Below, piece after piece: positions 1 to 8,035 of a stretch of DNA of 64,000 nt; the first letter of the stretch is position 1; every line of letters starts with the position of its first letter. The notes beneath the pieces were generated by a model. It worked only from the letters and a program-made list of their open reading frames with translations. It made no database searches and had not been told where the DNA came from. Both the position numbers and the translations under genes were made by a program. The DNA lies in contig CAXXIN010000013.1 of the NCBI GenBank assembly GCA_963665275.2, forward strand, positions 160,001-224,000. The letters are read 5' to 3'. The stretch comes from Negativicutes bacterium (GTDB lineage Bacteria > Bacillota > Negativicutes > UBA1444).

Positions 1-432
1 CTCGTCTGTCCGCATACCCAAGTGAGTTTTACGCGTCGCCACCACAACCTGAACGCCGTTGTTGGCTTCCCGCGCCGCCTGTACCAGTTTACTGGTTTCG
101 GTAGTAATCGCGCAAAGCACGGTGAGATATGTCTGGCAGATTCGCCACAGTTTAAACAGGGTTTTGAGATCCCCGGCAGCCTTGATGATCACCTCGCCTT
201 TTTTGATCGGCTCCCCGGGAAGGCGATATTCCTCCACCACTAGTTTTTGCTGTTCAAAGAAGTCCTTGAGGCGAAGCGTCCCAGCAACCACAGCGTCCAC
301 GCGGGAAACGAACTGGAAGCGTCCCTCGCCTGAAACATTCAGCAGTTCGGTGGTAATGTCGCCATAGGGGCAATCTTCCGTCAGTCCTGCCGCCAGCGAG
401 TCAATCAACAACGGGCCTGTTCCGATCAACAT
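1..432 (-). CDS. modD: ModD-like protein (NadC/ModD family), 3' end runs off the window
   Basis: Not in the ORF track. Manual translation from ATG 432 (RBS aaggaggg): MLIGTGPLLIDSLAAGLTEDCPYGDITTELL...WRICQTYL...AITTET...VVATRKTHLG. The ED.PYGD.TT and TRKT motifs are typical of ModD, and the gene is divergent from a molybdate-type regulator. Confidence 0.8.
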   Translation of the reverse strand, partial: MLIGTGPLLIDSLAAGLTEDCPYGDITTELLNVSGEGRFQFVSRVDAVVAGTLRLKDFFEQQKLVVEEYRLPGEPIKKGEVIIKAAGDLKTLFKLWRICQTYLTVLCAITTETSKLVQAAREANNGVQVVVATRKTHLGMRTDE

Positions 433-457
433 GTTACTCCCTCCTTGTAAAATCAAT

Positions 458-511
458 AAAAAAGTCACCCAACGCAATACCCCAAACTACGTTAGCTGAC
501 ACATCATTGTA
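458..511 (-). promoter_or_regulatory. Leader terminator of modD preceded by an ANTAR-type hexaloop hairpin
   Basis: Minus strand reads tac-AATGAT-gtg, whose last G starts the stem gtcagctaacgtagt/attgcgttgggtgac, followed by tttttt. It lies between the promoter and the RBS. Confidence 0.55.
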
Positions 512-581
512 TCGATTCGTTCACCTCGACACGAGATTCTTAATTCAACAGAACTCAACCGAACTAAAACCTTATGGCGTT

Positions 582-611
582 ATTATACTGTTTGTTGTAA
601 TATGAACGCAA
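582..611 (-). promoter_or_regulatory. SigA-type promoter of modD
   Basis: TTGCGT-N18-TATAAT on the minus strand. Confidence 0.55.
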
Positions 612-653
612 GAGCTTTGGAAAGAATACATATTCTGAAAATGAGGTGCAACC

Positions 654-1598
654 ATGACGGAAACCCTCTCCTACACGCCGGAGGAAGTGGCCCAAATTCT
701 CAAAATCACCCGTTTTACGGTTTATGAGATGATCAAACGCGGCGATCTGCCTGCTTACAGAATCGGCCGAAAAAATGCGCATTGAGGCTCCCGATCTGGA
801 TGCGTTCATCAAAAAGTCCAAGAATGCGGGTGCTGCAGCAAGCAAACCGACTGTCGCCTCCACGCCCCGCCGAAAGCCCCGGCCTCACTCAGAACGAAAT
901 CGTCATCTGCGGGCAGGATGCTGTGCTGGACATCTTGACCCCGGCATCTGGAAAAGGCGCTCCCGCAGGTCCGCATCCTGCGCAACTACAGCGGTAGTAT
1001 CGACGGTCTGATCGCCCTCTATCACGGCAAGGCAAACGTTGTAACAACCCATCTGTGGGACAGCGACACCGATACCTACAACACACCCTATGTGCGGCGG
1101 CTGATGCCTGGTCATCGAACGATCATCATCAATCTGGTCTATCGAAGCGAAGGCTTTTACGTCAACAAAGGCAATCCCAAGGGAATAAAAAACTGGCCCG
1201 ATCTGCTCAAACCCGGCGTACGCTTCATCAATCGCGAACGAGGCTCAGGCGCCAGAGTGCTGTTGGATGAAAAGCTGCGAATGTTCAATATTGATCGCGA
1301 GCAAATCGCTGGCTATGCCCACGAAGAATCGAGCCATCTTGCGGTGGCCAGCCATGTGGCCCGGGGCGAAGCCGATGTCGGTCTGGGAATCGAAAAAGCT
1401 GCGCTCCAGGTCAAGGAACTCGACTTCATTCCGCTGCAGCAAGAACGGTACGATCTGGTCATCCGCCGCGAAGATGCCGGCAAACCTCCGTTCAAGGCCC
1501 TGTTGAACGTCCTGCAGTCCCAAGCCTTCCACAATGAATTGCGCGGCATGGGTGGCTATGATTTGACACACACTGGCGAAATCATAGCCGAAACCTGA
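654..1598 (+). pseudogene. Excisionase-like HTH plus molybdate-binding (PBP) transcriptional regulator, broken by three +1 frameshifts (possibly sequencing errors)
   Basis: MTETLSYTPEEVAQILKITRFTVYEMIKRGDLPAYRIGRK (HTH_17) stops at 785. The protein continues in other frames as MRIEAPDLDAFI, then IVICGQDAVLDIL, then RHLEK..GSIDGLIALYHG..HLWD..YN..INRERGSGARVLLDE..ERYDL. Extra bases map to A6 770-775, a C-run near 865-880, and C4 939-942. Confidence 0.85.
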
Positions 1599-1632
1599 CC
1601 TTAGCCCGCGAAAATATTTTTCATTCGCCTAC

Positions 1633-1661
1633 TTGAAATAAATAAAAACAAACTATATGAT
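1633..1661 (+). promoter_or_regulatory. SigA-type promoter overlapped by a 12-bp inverted repeat (1644-1655/1678-1689)
   Basis: TTGAAA-N17-TATGAT; IR aaaaacaaacta ... tagtttgttttt. Confidence 0.65.
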
Positions 1662-1700
1662 ATATACAAGTTAGTTTTAGTTTGTTTTTGTCATATCGAT

Positions 1701-1752
1701 CACAATGTTGTGCCGACACAGATCGTCAGGATCTGCGTCGGCATACTTTTTT
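1701..1752 (+). promoter_or_regulatory. ANTAR-type hairpin overlapping an intrinsic leader terminator
   Basis: cac-AATGTT-gtg (1701-1712) overlaps the stem tgccgacacagatc/gatctgcgtcggca, which is followed by tactttttt immediately before RBS aaggagg. Confidence 0.6.
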
Positions 1753-1770
1753 AAGGAGGCGCAAATCCAG

Positions 1771-2577
1771 ATGGAAAGAAACTACGCATTTTCACCGCTC
1801 CCCGTAAAAACCGCCCCCGCACCAGACCCGTTCGTTTCCACCGACCTCCACCGCAGGCTGACCGGGATCATCTTGCAAAATCCATTTTGGAACGATTTTC
1901 ATCTGCTGCACTGTCTGCAAAAAGCTCATCCAAACTTAACAATGGCTGATTTGAGACGGTTGAAGATCGAATGCAGGCTGGAAAACCCTGATCTTATATG
2001 TGGAGTACTATTGCGAAAACTGTTTGCCGACTGCGGGTCCGGTCTCAACACACGCCAACGCGAGTTTCTTCTCAAGGCTTACCCCGAATTGCGGGATCAG
2101 GATATCCACACAGATACGCCCGGAAAATTACTGGTTTATGCTTGCCTCGGCGGACAGAGAATCCGTGGCGTCGGCAGAATGTACATCCATATTTTCGTTG
2201 ACATGTTCAACGGCCATATATTCGGGCACTTGAGCCAACATTCAACAGTCGCCGCCGGTCTGAAGGCGCTGGAAGCCCAGTTGGTTCCTTTTTATCTGGC
2301 ATCCAGTCACCCGCTGCGGCGCATCATCCATTCTTCTCCTGTTTCGCCCAACATCTATGTCCTCGAAGAAATCAACGCCAGTCCGACACTGACCCGGCAT
2401 GGCGCCAAATGGGAGCACAGCACCCGACTTTTCGGCCACATCGAACATTTTCAAAAAGTCGTGCTAGCAAGCGATTTTTACGAAAACGCCCGTTACAGCG
2501 GATCTTCATTCAACGAATTGCAATATTCCTTCGGCCAGTGGTTGAAAAAATACAATATTGGCATCTCGTTGAATTAA
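1771..2577 (+). CDS. Degenerate IS481-family transposase/integrase-core homologue, probably catalytically inactive
   Basis: Intact 268-aa ORF with RBS aaggagg. HTDTPGKLL..GVGRMYIHIFVDMF..LVPFY..LRRII..FGHIEHFQK..WLKKYN parallels the IS481 pattern ET.HPGYL.SQDT..GVGRIYQQTFIDTY..VLPFF..L.RILTD..NG..ERFHK..WL..YN. Confidence 0.65.
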   Translation: MERNYAFSPLPVKTAPAPDPFVSTDLHRRLTGIILQNPFWNDFHLLHCLQKAHPNLTMADLRRLKIECRLENPDLICGVLLRKLFADCGSGLNTRQREFLLKAYPELRDQDIHTDTPGKLLVYACLGGQRIRGVGRMYIHIFVDMFNGHIFGHLSQHSTVAAGLKALEAQLVPFYLASSHPLRRIIHSSPVSPNIYVLEEINASPTLTRHGAKWEHSTRLFGHIEHFQKVVLASDFYENARYSGSSFNELQYSFGQWLKKYNIGISLN

Positions 2578-2636
2578 TATGATAGAATATTCTTGGATTA
2601 AGTCCAATTCAATCTGACGAAAGGAGTTGTAACTTT

Positions 2637-2693
2637 ATGTTCCAAAAATATACACTGCAGTCTGCCTCACACCGGGAGGTGCACGCAGACTAA
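2637..2693 (+). CDS. Putative 18-aa leader peptide MFQKYTLQSASHREVHAD
   Basis: Own RBS aaggag; embedded in mutually exclusive hairpins upstream of rsgA. Confidence 0.6.
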   Translation: MFQKYTLQSASHREVHAD

Positions 2694-2746
2694 TCTTCGT
2701 CCACCTCCCAAAGCTGTATCTCAAACTACTGTGGGAGGATAGAAAA

Positions 2747-3832
2747 TTGAACAACTCAACGATATCATTCACTTCATCAGGCCTCACCGAAGCTTTCCTA
2801 CAAGAAGCAAAGCGACATCCAGGCTTGTTTTTGGCACGGGTTTCGGCCCAACACAAAGATCTGTACCGCGTGATTACCGCCAGCGGTGAAATTCGCGCCG
2901 AGCCCTCCGGCAAAATGAGCTACCTGGCCAACGACCTCCCGGACTATCCGGCAGTCGGCGACTATGTGATGGTCGACCGCCTCACCGACGATGGCGGCAA
3001 TGCGATCATCCGGCATATCCTGCCGCGCCGGACGGTTTTTACCCGCAAGGCGGCGGGGGCCGCTGTACACAGCCAGATCGTCGCCGCCAACATCGACACT
3101 GTCTTTATTTGCATGTCGTTGAACCACGATTTCAACCTGCGTCGTCTGGAGCGCTATCTGGCTATCGCCTGGGATGGCGGAGCCGTTCCTGTCGTCGTTT
3201 TGACCAAAGCTGATCTGTGCAAAGAGCTGGAAAACCGGCTATCGGAAATTCGCCACGCGGCAATCGGCGTCGATATACTGACAACGACCTCACGCGATGA
3301 AGCCGGATACTCAGCCGTCGACACTTATCTTCAGCCGGGGAAAACCGTTGCATTCATCGGCTCTTCCGGCGTTGGCAAATCGACCCTGATCAATCATCTG
3401 CTGGGCAATGACACTCTGGCAACACAGGAGATCGGGCCGGAAGACAAAGGTCGGCACACAACGACTTTCCGGCAACTCATTCCCCTGCCGAACGGAGCCG
3501 TAGTCATCGACACCCCCGGCATGCGGGAACTGCAGCTCGACAGCGCCGACTTGTCGCAAACCTTCGCAGACATCGACGAACTATCATCGCAATGTCGGTT
3601 CGCCGATTGCGAACACGAACGCGAACCAGGCTGCGCTGTCACAGCAGCGGTCGCAGCAGGACAAATTTCGGCAGAACGGCTGCGCAGCTACCTGAAGCTA
3701 CGAACAGAGATCGGCTATCAGGGCCTCTCGTCCCGCCAACTCGAGCAGGAAAAAATCACCCGCATGATGAGTGGTATGGGCGGAGTGAAACAAGCCCGCG
3801 CCTACGCCAAAGAAAAGAACCGGCGCAGGTAA
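2747..3832 (+). CDS. rsgA: Ribosome small subunit-dependent GTPase RsgA paralogue
   Basis: OB-fold PAVGDYV; circularly permuted GTPase motifs TKAD, GSSGVGKST, GRHTT, DTPG; zinc finger CRFADCEHEREPGC. Confidence 0.92.
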   Translation: MNNSTISFTSSGLTEAFLQEAKRHPGLFLARVSAQHKDLYRVITASGEIRAEPSGKMSYLANDLPDYPAVGDYVMVDRLTDDGGNAIIRHILPRRTVFTRKAAGAAVHSQIVAANIDTVFICMSLNHDFNLRRLERYLAIAWDGGAVPVVVLTKADLCKELENRLSEIRHAAIGVDILTTTSRDEAGYSAVDTYLQPGKTVAFIGSSGVGKSTLINHLLGNDTLATQEIGPEDKGRHTTTFRQLIPLPNGAVVIDTPGMRELQLDSADLSQTFADIDELSSQCRFADCEHEREPGCAVTAAVAAGQISAERLRSYLKLRTEIGYQGLSSRQLEQEKITRMMSGMGGVKQARAYAKEKNRRR

Positions 3833-3854
3833 GATCGGAACCAACAATAATTTA

Positions 3855-3906
3855 GGGGCTATCTCAAAACGGACATTTCATCCGAATTGAGACAGCCCCG
3901 TTTTTT
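3855..3906 (+). terminator. Intrinsic terminator after rsgA
   Basis: ggggctatctcaa...ttgagacagcccc followed by gtttttt. Confidence 0.75.
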
Positions 3907-3926
3907 ATCCGAATCCACCTTTATGA

Positions 3927-6900
3927 TCAGAGCGAGAAACGCATGGCGTTTTCCTGAGAAACCGGCCGGCTGAAAACATAACCCTGCACACAATCACAAC
4001 CAAGTTGCGTCAATTTCGAAAGCTGCTCCTGCGTCTCCACACCCTCCGCCACAACGTTCAGGCCGAGCACATGGGACATATCAATAATCGATCGTATGAA
4101 TCCCTCCTGGACCTTATCCTCGAGGATTCTGTCGATAAACGACTTGTCGATCTTCAATGTCGCCACCGGCAGATTCCGCAGATAAGTCAGGGAAGAAAAA
4201 CCCGTACCGAAATCATCAAGGGACAGCCGGATTCCCAGAGCCTTCAATTCCGCCAACTTACGCGTACCGTCCTCAAGCGACTCAATCAGCAAACTTTCCG
4301 TAATCTCCACTTCCAGTTGCGCCGAATGGATTCCTGTTTCAGAGATACTGCGGCGCACCATTTCGACAAAATCGTCCGCCGCCAGTTGACGGGAAGAAAC
4401 ATTCACCGCCACATGAACGTTTTGTCGGCCACTATCAGCCAAATCCCTTGCAAACTTGCAGGCTTCTCCAATCACCCATTGCCCTATGGTTAAAATCAGT
4501 CCGCTTTGCTCGGCCAGAGGAATGAATCGCAGCGGCGACACCATGCCATGCTCCGGGCTATTCCAACGCAGCAAGGCTTCAAAACTGACAACACCGCCGC
4601 CTCGCAAGGAGATCAGTGGTTGGTAATGCAAGAAAAGTTCTCCGTTTTCCAGCGCCTTTCGCAGACTGTTCGTCAACACCATTTTTTCGTATGTGTCTTT
4701 AAGCATACCGGGTTCATAGAGCCGCCAGCAGTTCTTTCCCGCCGACTTGGCGGCATACATCGCTATATCTGCTTGCTTCATCAATTCTTCAGCCGTATTG
4801 CCATCGCCGGGATAACGAGCCACTCCGAGGCTGGCCGACATGTGAATGCGCTGGCCGCCGACTTCATATTCTCCCTGAACTGCAAGGCTCACCCGCTCGG
4901 TTATTCTCGTTATATTGGCCAGGTCCTCTTCGTCAGGCAGGATCACGAAAAATTCATCCCCGCCGACTCGGGCTAAAAAAGCTCGGTCACCAACGGCGTC
5001 AGCGATATTTTGTCCCGCAGCGACAATGACACTATCGCCACAGGTATGTCCAAAATGATCATTGACCGTTTTTAGGTCGTCTATGTCGACGAACATCACC
5101 GCCCCGGCCGATTTTTCGCGTTGCGCTTTTTGAATTTCTTCTTCCAGCCTCATATTCAAGTTGGACCGGTTGGGCAGCCCGGTCAGAGAATCATGAAAAG
5201 CCTGATGGTTCGTTTTCTGGTGCGACAGCGCATTCTTAACGGCGATGTTTGCAATCGTAGCAAACTGTGCAAACACAGCAATCTTTGCCGGATCAATCAC
5301 CATCTTCTCGCCGAACAAGGTCAGCCCAAAGCTGCCGATTGTCTTTCCGTCAATGTTCAGCGGAGCCTGCATGGCGGTCGTAATTTCATCCGCAAGAGAT
5401 CCCGTCAACCGGTCAGGCCAATGGGCGTAGTCGTCAATGACCACCAACTTTCCGGTTCGCAGAATTTCTGCCAAAATACCTTTTTCGCCCGCATGCATCC
5501 GTTTACCGACCTGAGACTCATACCGCCCGGACCCGCAATGGAAAACCGCGTTGTTTCCCTCCTGATCGAACAGTTGGACAAATCCATGCGGAATCCCCAT
5601 GAACGCGGTCGCCTGTTTCAGTATGTTTTTCAACGATTTGTCCAAATCCAGTTCATCTACCAAGAATTCCGTCGTTTCGGCAAGTTTCCGGAGAAGCTGA
5701 TTCTGCCTGCCGATCTGCCTGTCGGTATAAGTCCGTTCCAGAGCAATCGAAGCGAGAGTGGCAAACTGCCGGAAGACTTCAATTTCCTCGGTGGTAAAAG
5801 AATGAACGTCATCCTGCCAGTTCGCGACAAGCACACCCGTTATGGCCCCGTTTATTTTCAACGGCATCATGATGGCTGCCGACAATCGCCTTGCAGCCTT
5901 CGATGCGATGCGATGCGGATAATTCAGATAGTCTTCCACACACAAGACATCACCGCTTCGATAGACCTGCCCCAACATCCCTTGATCAACCGGTTGCTTT
6001 GCCATATGTTCCTCGTGGTTGATACCGAAAGCATGGCTATAAGAAAAATTTTTGCCGTCTTCGTCCAACAGGGCGATGAGCCCTCCCGGCGCACCAACGA
6101 GTTGAACGGCATCCCGCAGAATCGACTCCAATAGGCCATAAATATCTTCAGCAGGACGCATCAACAATCCGGTGGTGGCCAAATACTGCTTTTCCCGCTT
6201 CAATACTTCCAATTCTTTTTGCTGCCTGATCCCGATTTCGACCGACAAGGTCCGGTTCGCATCTCCCAGAGATTCGTTCATTGCAAATACTTCTTCATTC
6301 ATCGCCGTCAATTCCTGATTGGCGACCACCAATTCCTGTGTGCGCTGTTCTACTGTCGTCTCAAGCTTATCAGCATACAGGCGCAGTTCCTGCTCCATCC
6401 GTTTACGATCGGAAATATCAGTAAAAATAGTGGCGAACCCTTCGCTACCCCACGGAGCAACTGATATCAGAAAGTGTTTTCCCATGGGATCAAAATATAC
6501 TTCCATGGAATCCGGTGCGCCTGTAAGAGCCACCGCGGAGAATTTATCCAAGAATGGAGCATTCATCGTCTCATAGGCTTCTGTGGCCATTTTCCCGCAG
6601 ACATCTTCCCGTTTGAGTCCCAGTTCCTTTTCATAGCTGTCGTTAACGGCTATGATCCGGTAATTGACCGGCGTAGCGTCTGCATCCAAAATCAATTCAT
6701 GCAGGGCCACCCCTTCCACCATATTCGAAAACAGCGATTGCAACCTCTGCTCTTTTTCCACGATGATTCGGCGAGATTCGGCCTCCTGCAGCGCGTTACG
6801 AATCAACCCCACCGAAATCCGCGCCACTGGACGAACCAATACGGCATCGCCGCCGATACCATAGGTTCCAACCATTTTTCCGCCATATATAACAGGCAGA

Positions 6901-7133
6901 TTAACCCCAACTCGCACAAGTCCGCTTGAACGGGCAGCCTCTTCCGGGGAAACCAGCGTTTCTTCCAGCCCCTCCCGCAAAATGCGGCAAGCACCACTAT
7001 GAACCGTACCGATGCGCTCTTTATCAATAGCGGCGATAATGATGCCTGAAGTGTCGCACACAATGCCTTTTAGTCCACTTTCCGCGTAGACCAGCTCAAT
7101 GGCGGGATATGCAGTTTCCGCAGTTAACTTCAT
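3927..7133 (-). CDS. Diguanylate cyclase/phosphodiesterase: CdaR-type sugar-diacid recognition domain, PAS, 2xGAF, GGDEF, EAL
   Basis: N-terminal IIA..D..RIG.VHSGA..GVNLPV...VGTYGIGGD; GGDEF, FEALLRW and DDFGTG intact. Confidence 0.9.
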   Translation of the reverse strand: MKLTAETAYPAIELVYAESGLKGIVCDTSGIIIAAIDKERIGTVHSGACRILREGLEETLVSPEEAARSSGLVRVGVNLPVIYGGKMVGTYGIGGDAVLVRPVARISVGLIRNALQEAESRRIIVEKEQRLQSLFSNMVEGVALHELILDADATPVNYRIIAVNDSYEKELGLKREDVCGKMATEAYETMNAPFLDKFSAVALTGAPDSMEVYFDPMGKHFLISVAPWGSEGFATIFTDISDRKRMEQELRLYADKLETTVEQRTQELVVANQELTAMNEEVFAMNESLGDANRTLSVEIGIRQQKELEVLKREKQYLATTGLLMRPAEDIYGLLESILRDAVQLVGAPGGLIALLDEDGKNFSYSHAFGINHEEHMAKQPVDQGMLGQVYRSGDVLCVEDYLNYPHRIASKAARRLSAAIMMPLKINGAITGVLVANWQDDVHSFTTEEIEVFRQFATLASIALERTYTDRQIGRQNQLLRKLAETTEFLVDELDLDKSLKNILKQATAFMGIPHGFVQLFDQEGNNAVFHCGSGRYESQVGKRMHAGEKGILAEILRTGKLVVIDDYAHWPDRLTGSLADEITTAMQAPLNIDGKTIGSFGLTLFGEKMVIDPAKIAVFAQFATIANIAVKNALSHQKTNHQAFHDSLTGLPNRSNLNMRLEEEIQKAQREKSAGAVMFVDIDDLKTVNDHFGHTCGDSVIVAAGQNIADAVGDRAFLARVGGDEFFVILPDEEDLANITRITERVSLAVQGEYEVGGQRIHMSASLGVARYPGDGNTAEELMKQADIAMYAAKSAGKNCWRLYEPGMLKDTYEKMVLTNSLRKALENGELFLHYQPLISLRGGGVVSFEALLRWNSPEHGMVSPLRFIPLAEQSGLILTIGQWVIGEACKFARDLADSGRQNVHVAVNVSSRQLAADDFVEMVRRSISETGIHSAQLEVEITESLLIESLEDGTRKLAELKALGIRLSLDDFGTGFSSLTYLRNLPVATLKIDKSFIDRILEDKVQEGFIRSIIDMSHVLGLNVVAEGVETQEQLSKLTQLGCDCVQGYVFSRPVSQENAMRFSL

Positions 7134-7199
7134 CGGGTGCCTCCGGCGCTATTGTTGAATCAACTTGGGGCTACAGGATTATACCTATATATTCGATAT

Positions 7200-7224
7200 A
7201 TTCGGCTTTTTCCCGCCAATCCCT
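7200..7224 (-). promoter_or_regulatory. SigH-like promoter
   Basis: AGGGATT-N12-ccGAAT. Confidence 0.5.
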
Positions 7225-7300
7225 TCCCGCCATAGGCGCTACGCCGTTGAACGGCTGTGGTAGCGTCGATAAGCTCGGCGAACAGCACGGTACGTGTTTG

Positions 7301-8035
7301 TTAAAAGAACCGCCAACCGTTGCACCCATTCTGCTTGACTCCATACATGGCGCGATCTGCTTTTTTCATGAGAGTCTCCATATCCTCGCCATCAAACGGA
7401 AATAGACTGATGCCGATACTGGCGCCAATCAGAAACTCGACTGCCTCAAAAACAAAAGGTTTGTCCATCTCAGTCAAGATCCTCTCGGCGATATTTATGG
7501 CCACTTGACGATCCGGCAAACAATCCAATAGAACGATGAATTCATCACCGCCAATCCGACAGGCTATATCCCCTCCACGGATACAAGCAAGCAAGCGCTT
7601 TGCTGTGTCACGCAACACGGAGTCGCCCGCGTCATGACCTGCGTCATCATTAACAGCCTTGAACCGGTCCAGATCTATAAAAAGCAAAGCCATGGAACAT
7701 TCTTCGCGCTTTGCCCGAAAAATAGCCCGTGTCAACTGATCTCGAAACAGCACACGATTCGGCAGACCCGTCAGCGAGTCATAGTGAGCAAGTTCTCGAT
7801 AACGCGCTTCTGATCGACGAATCTTTTCCTGATACTCCAACAGTTCGGCATTGCGGATTTTCAATACCGACAAGTGGCTGGACAGCGATTCTTCCAACAG
7901 GACCCGGTTTTCCTCGCTGCGCGCCAATCGTTTCTCAAGAATACGGTTTTCTTTTTCCAGCGCCGTGATTCGCGCCTCGAGGTCCGATCCGGCCAAGCTG
8001 TTTCCCTCCCGTTTACGCCTCTTCGCTTTCGCCAA
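7301..8035 (-). CDS. Coiled-coil diguanylate cyclase (GGDEF), partner of the FIST protein
   Basis: [14 protein letters not shown]-site, GGDEF; start overlaps the FIST gene end. Confidence 0.9.
   Translation of the reverse strand: MAKAKRRKREGNSLAGSDLEARITALEKENRILEKRLARSEENRVLLEESLSSHLSVLKIRNAELLEYQEKIRRSEARYRELAHYDSLTGLPNRVLFRDQLTRAIFRAKREECSMALLFIDLDRFKAVNDDAGHDAGDSVLRDTAKRLLACIRGGDIACRIGGDEFIVLLDCLPDRQVAINIAERILTEMDKPFVFEAVEFLIGASIGISLFPFDGEDMETLMKKADRAMYGVKQNGCNGWRFF

Noticed and set aside
440-545. Moco/Wco riboswitch upstream of modD
   Set aside because: Leader too short and lacks the multi-stem junction; better explained as an ANTAR-like hairpin plus terminator
5901-5917. Short (cgatg)n tandem repeat
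   Set aside because: About three units inside an intact coding frame; chance level
5121-6134. Long plus-strand ORFs opposite real genes (also 11788-12681, 41586-42365, 45278-46141, 47499-48497)
   Set aside because: Antisense shadow ORFs with no motifs or RBS
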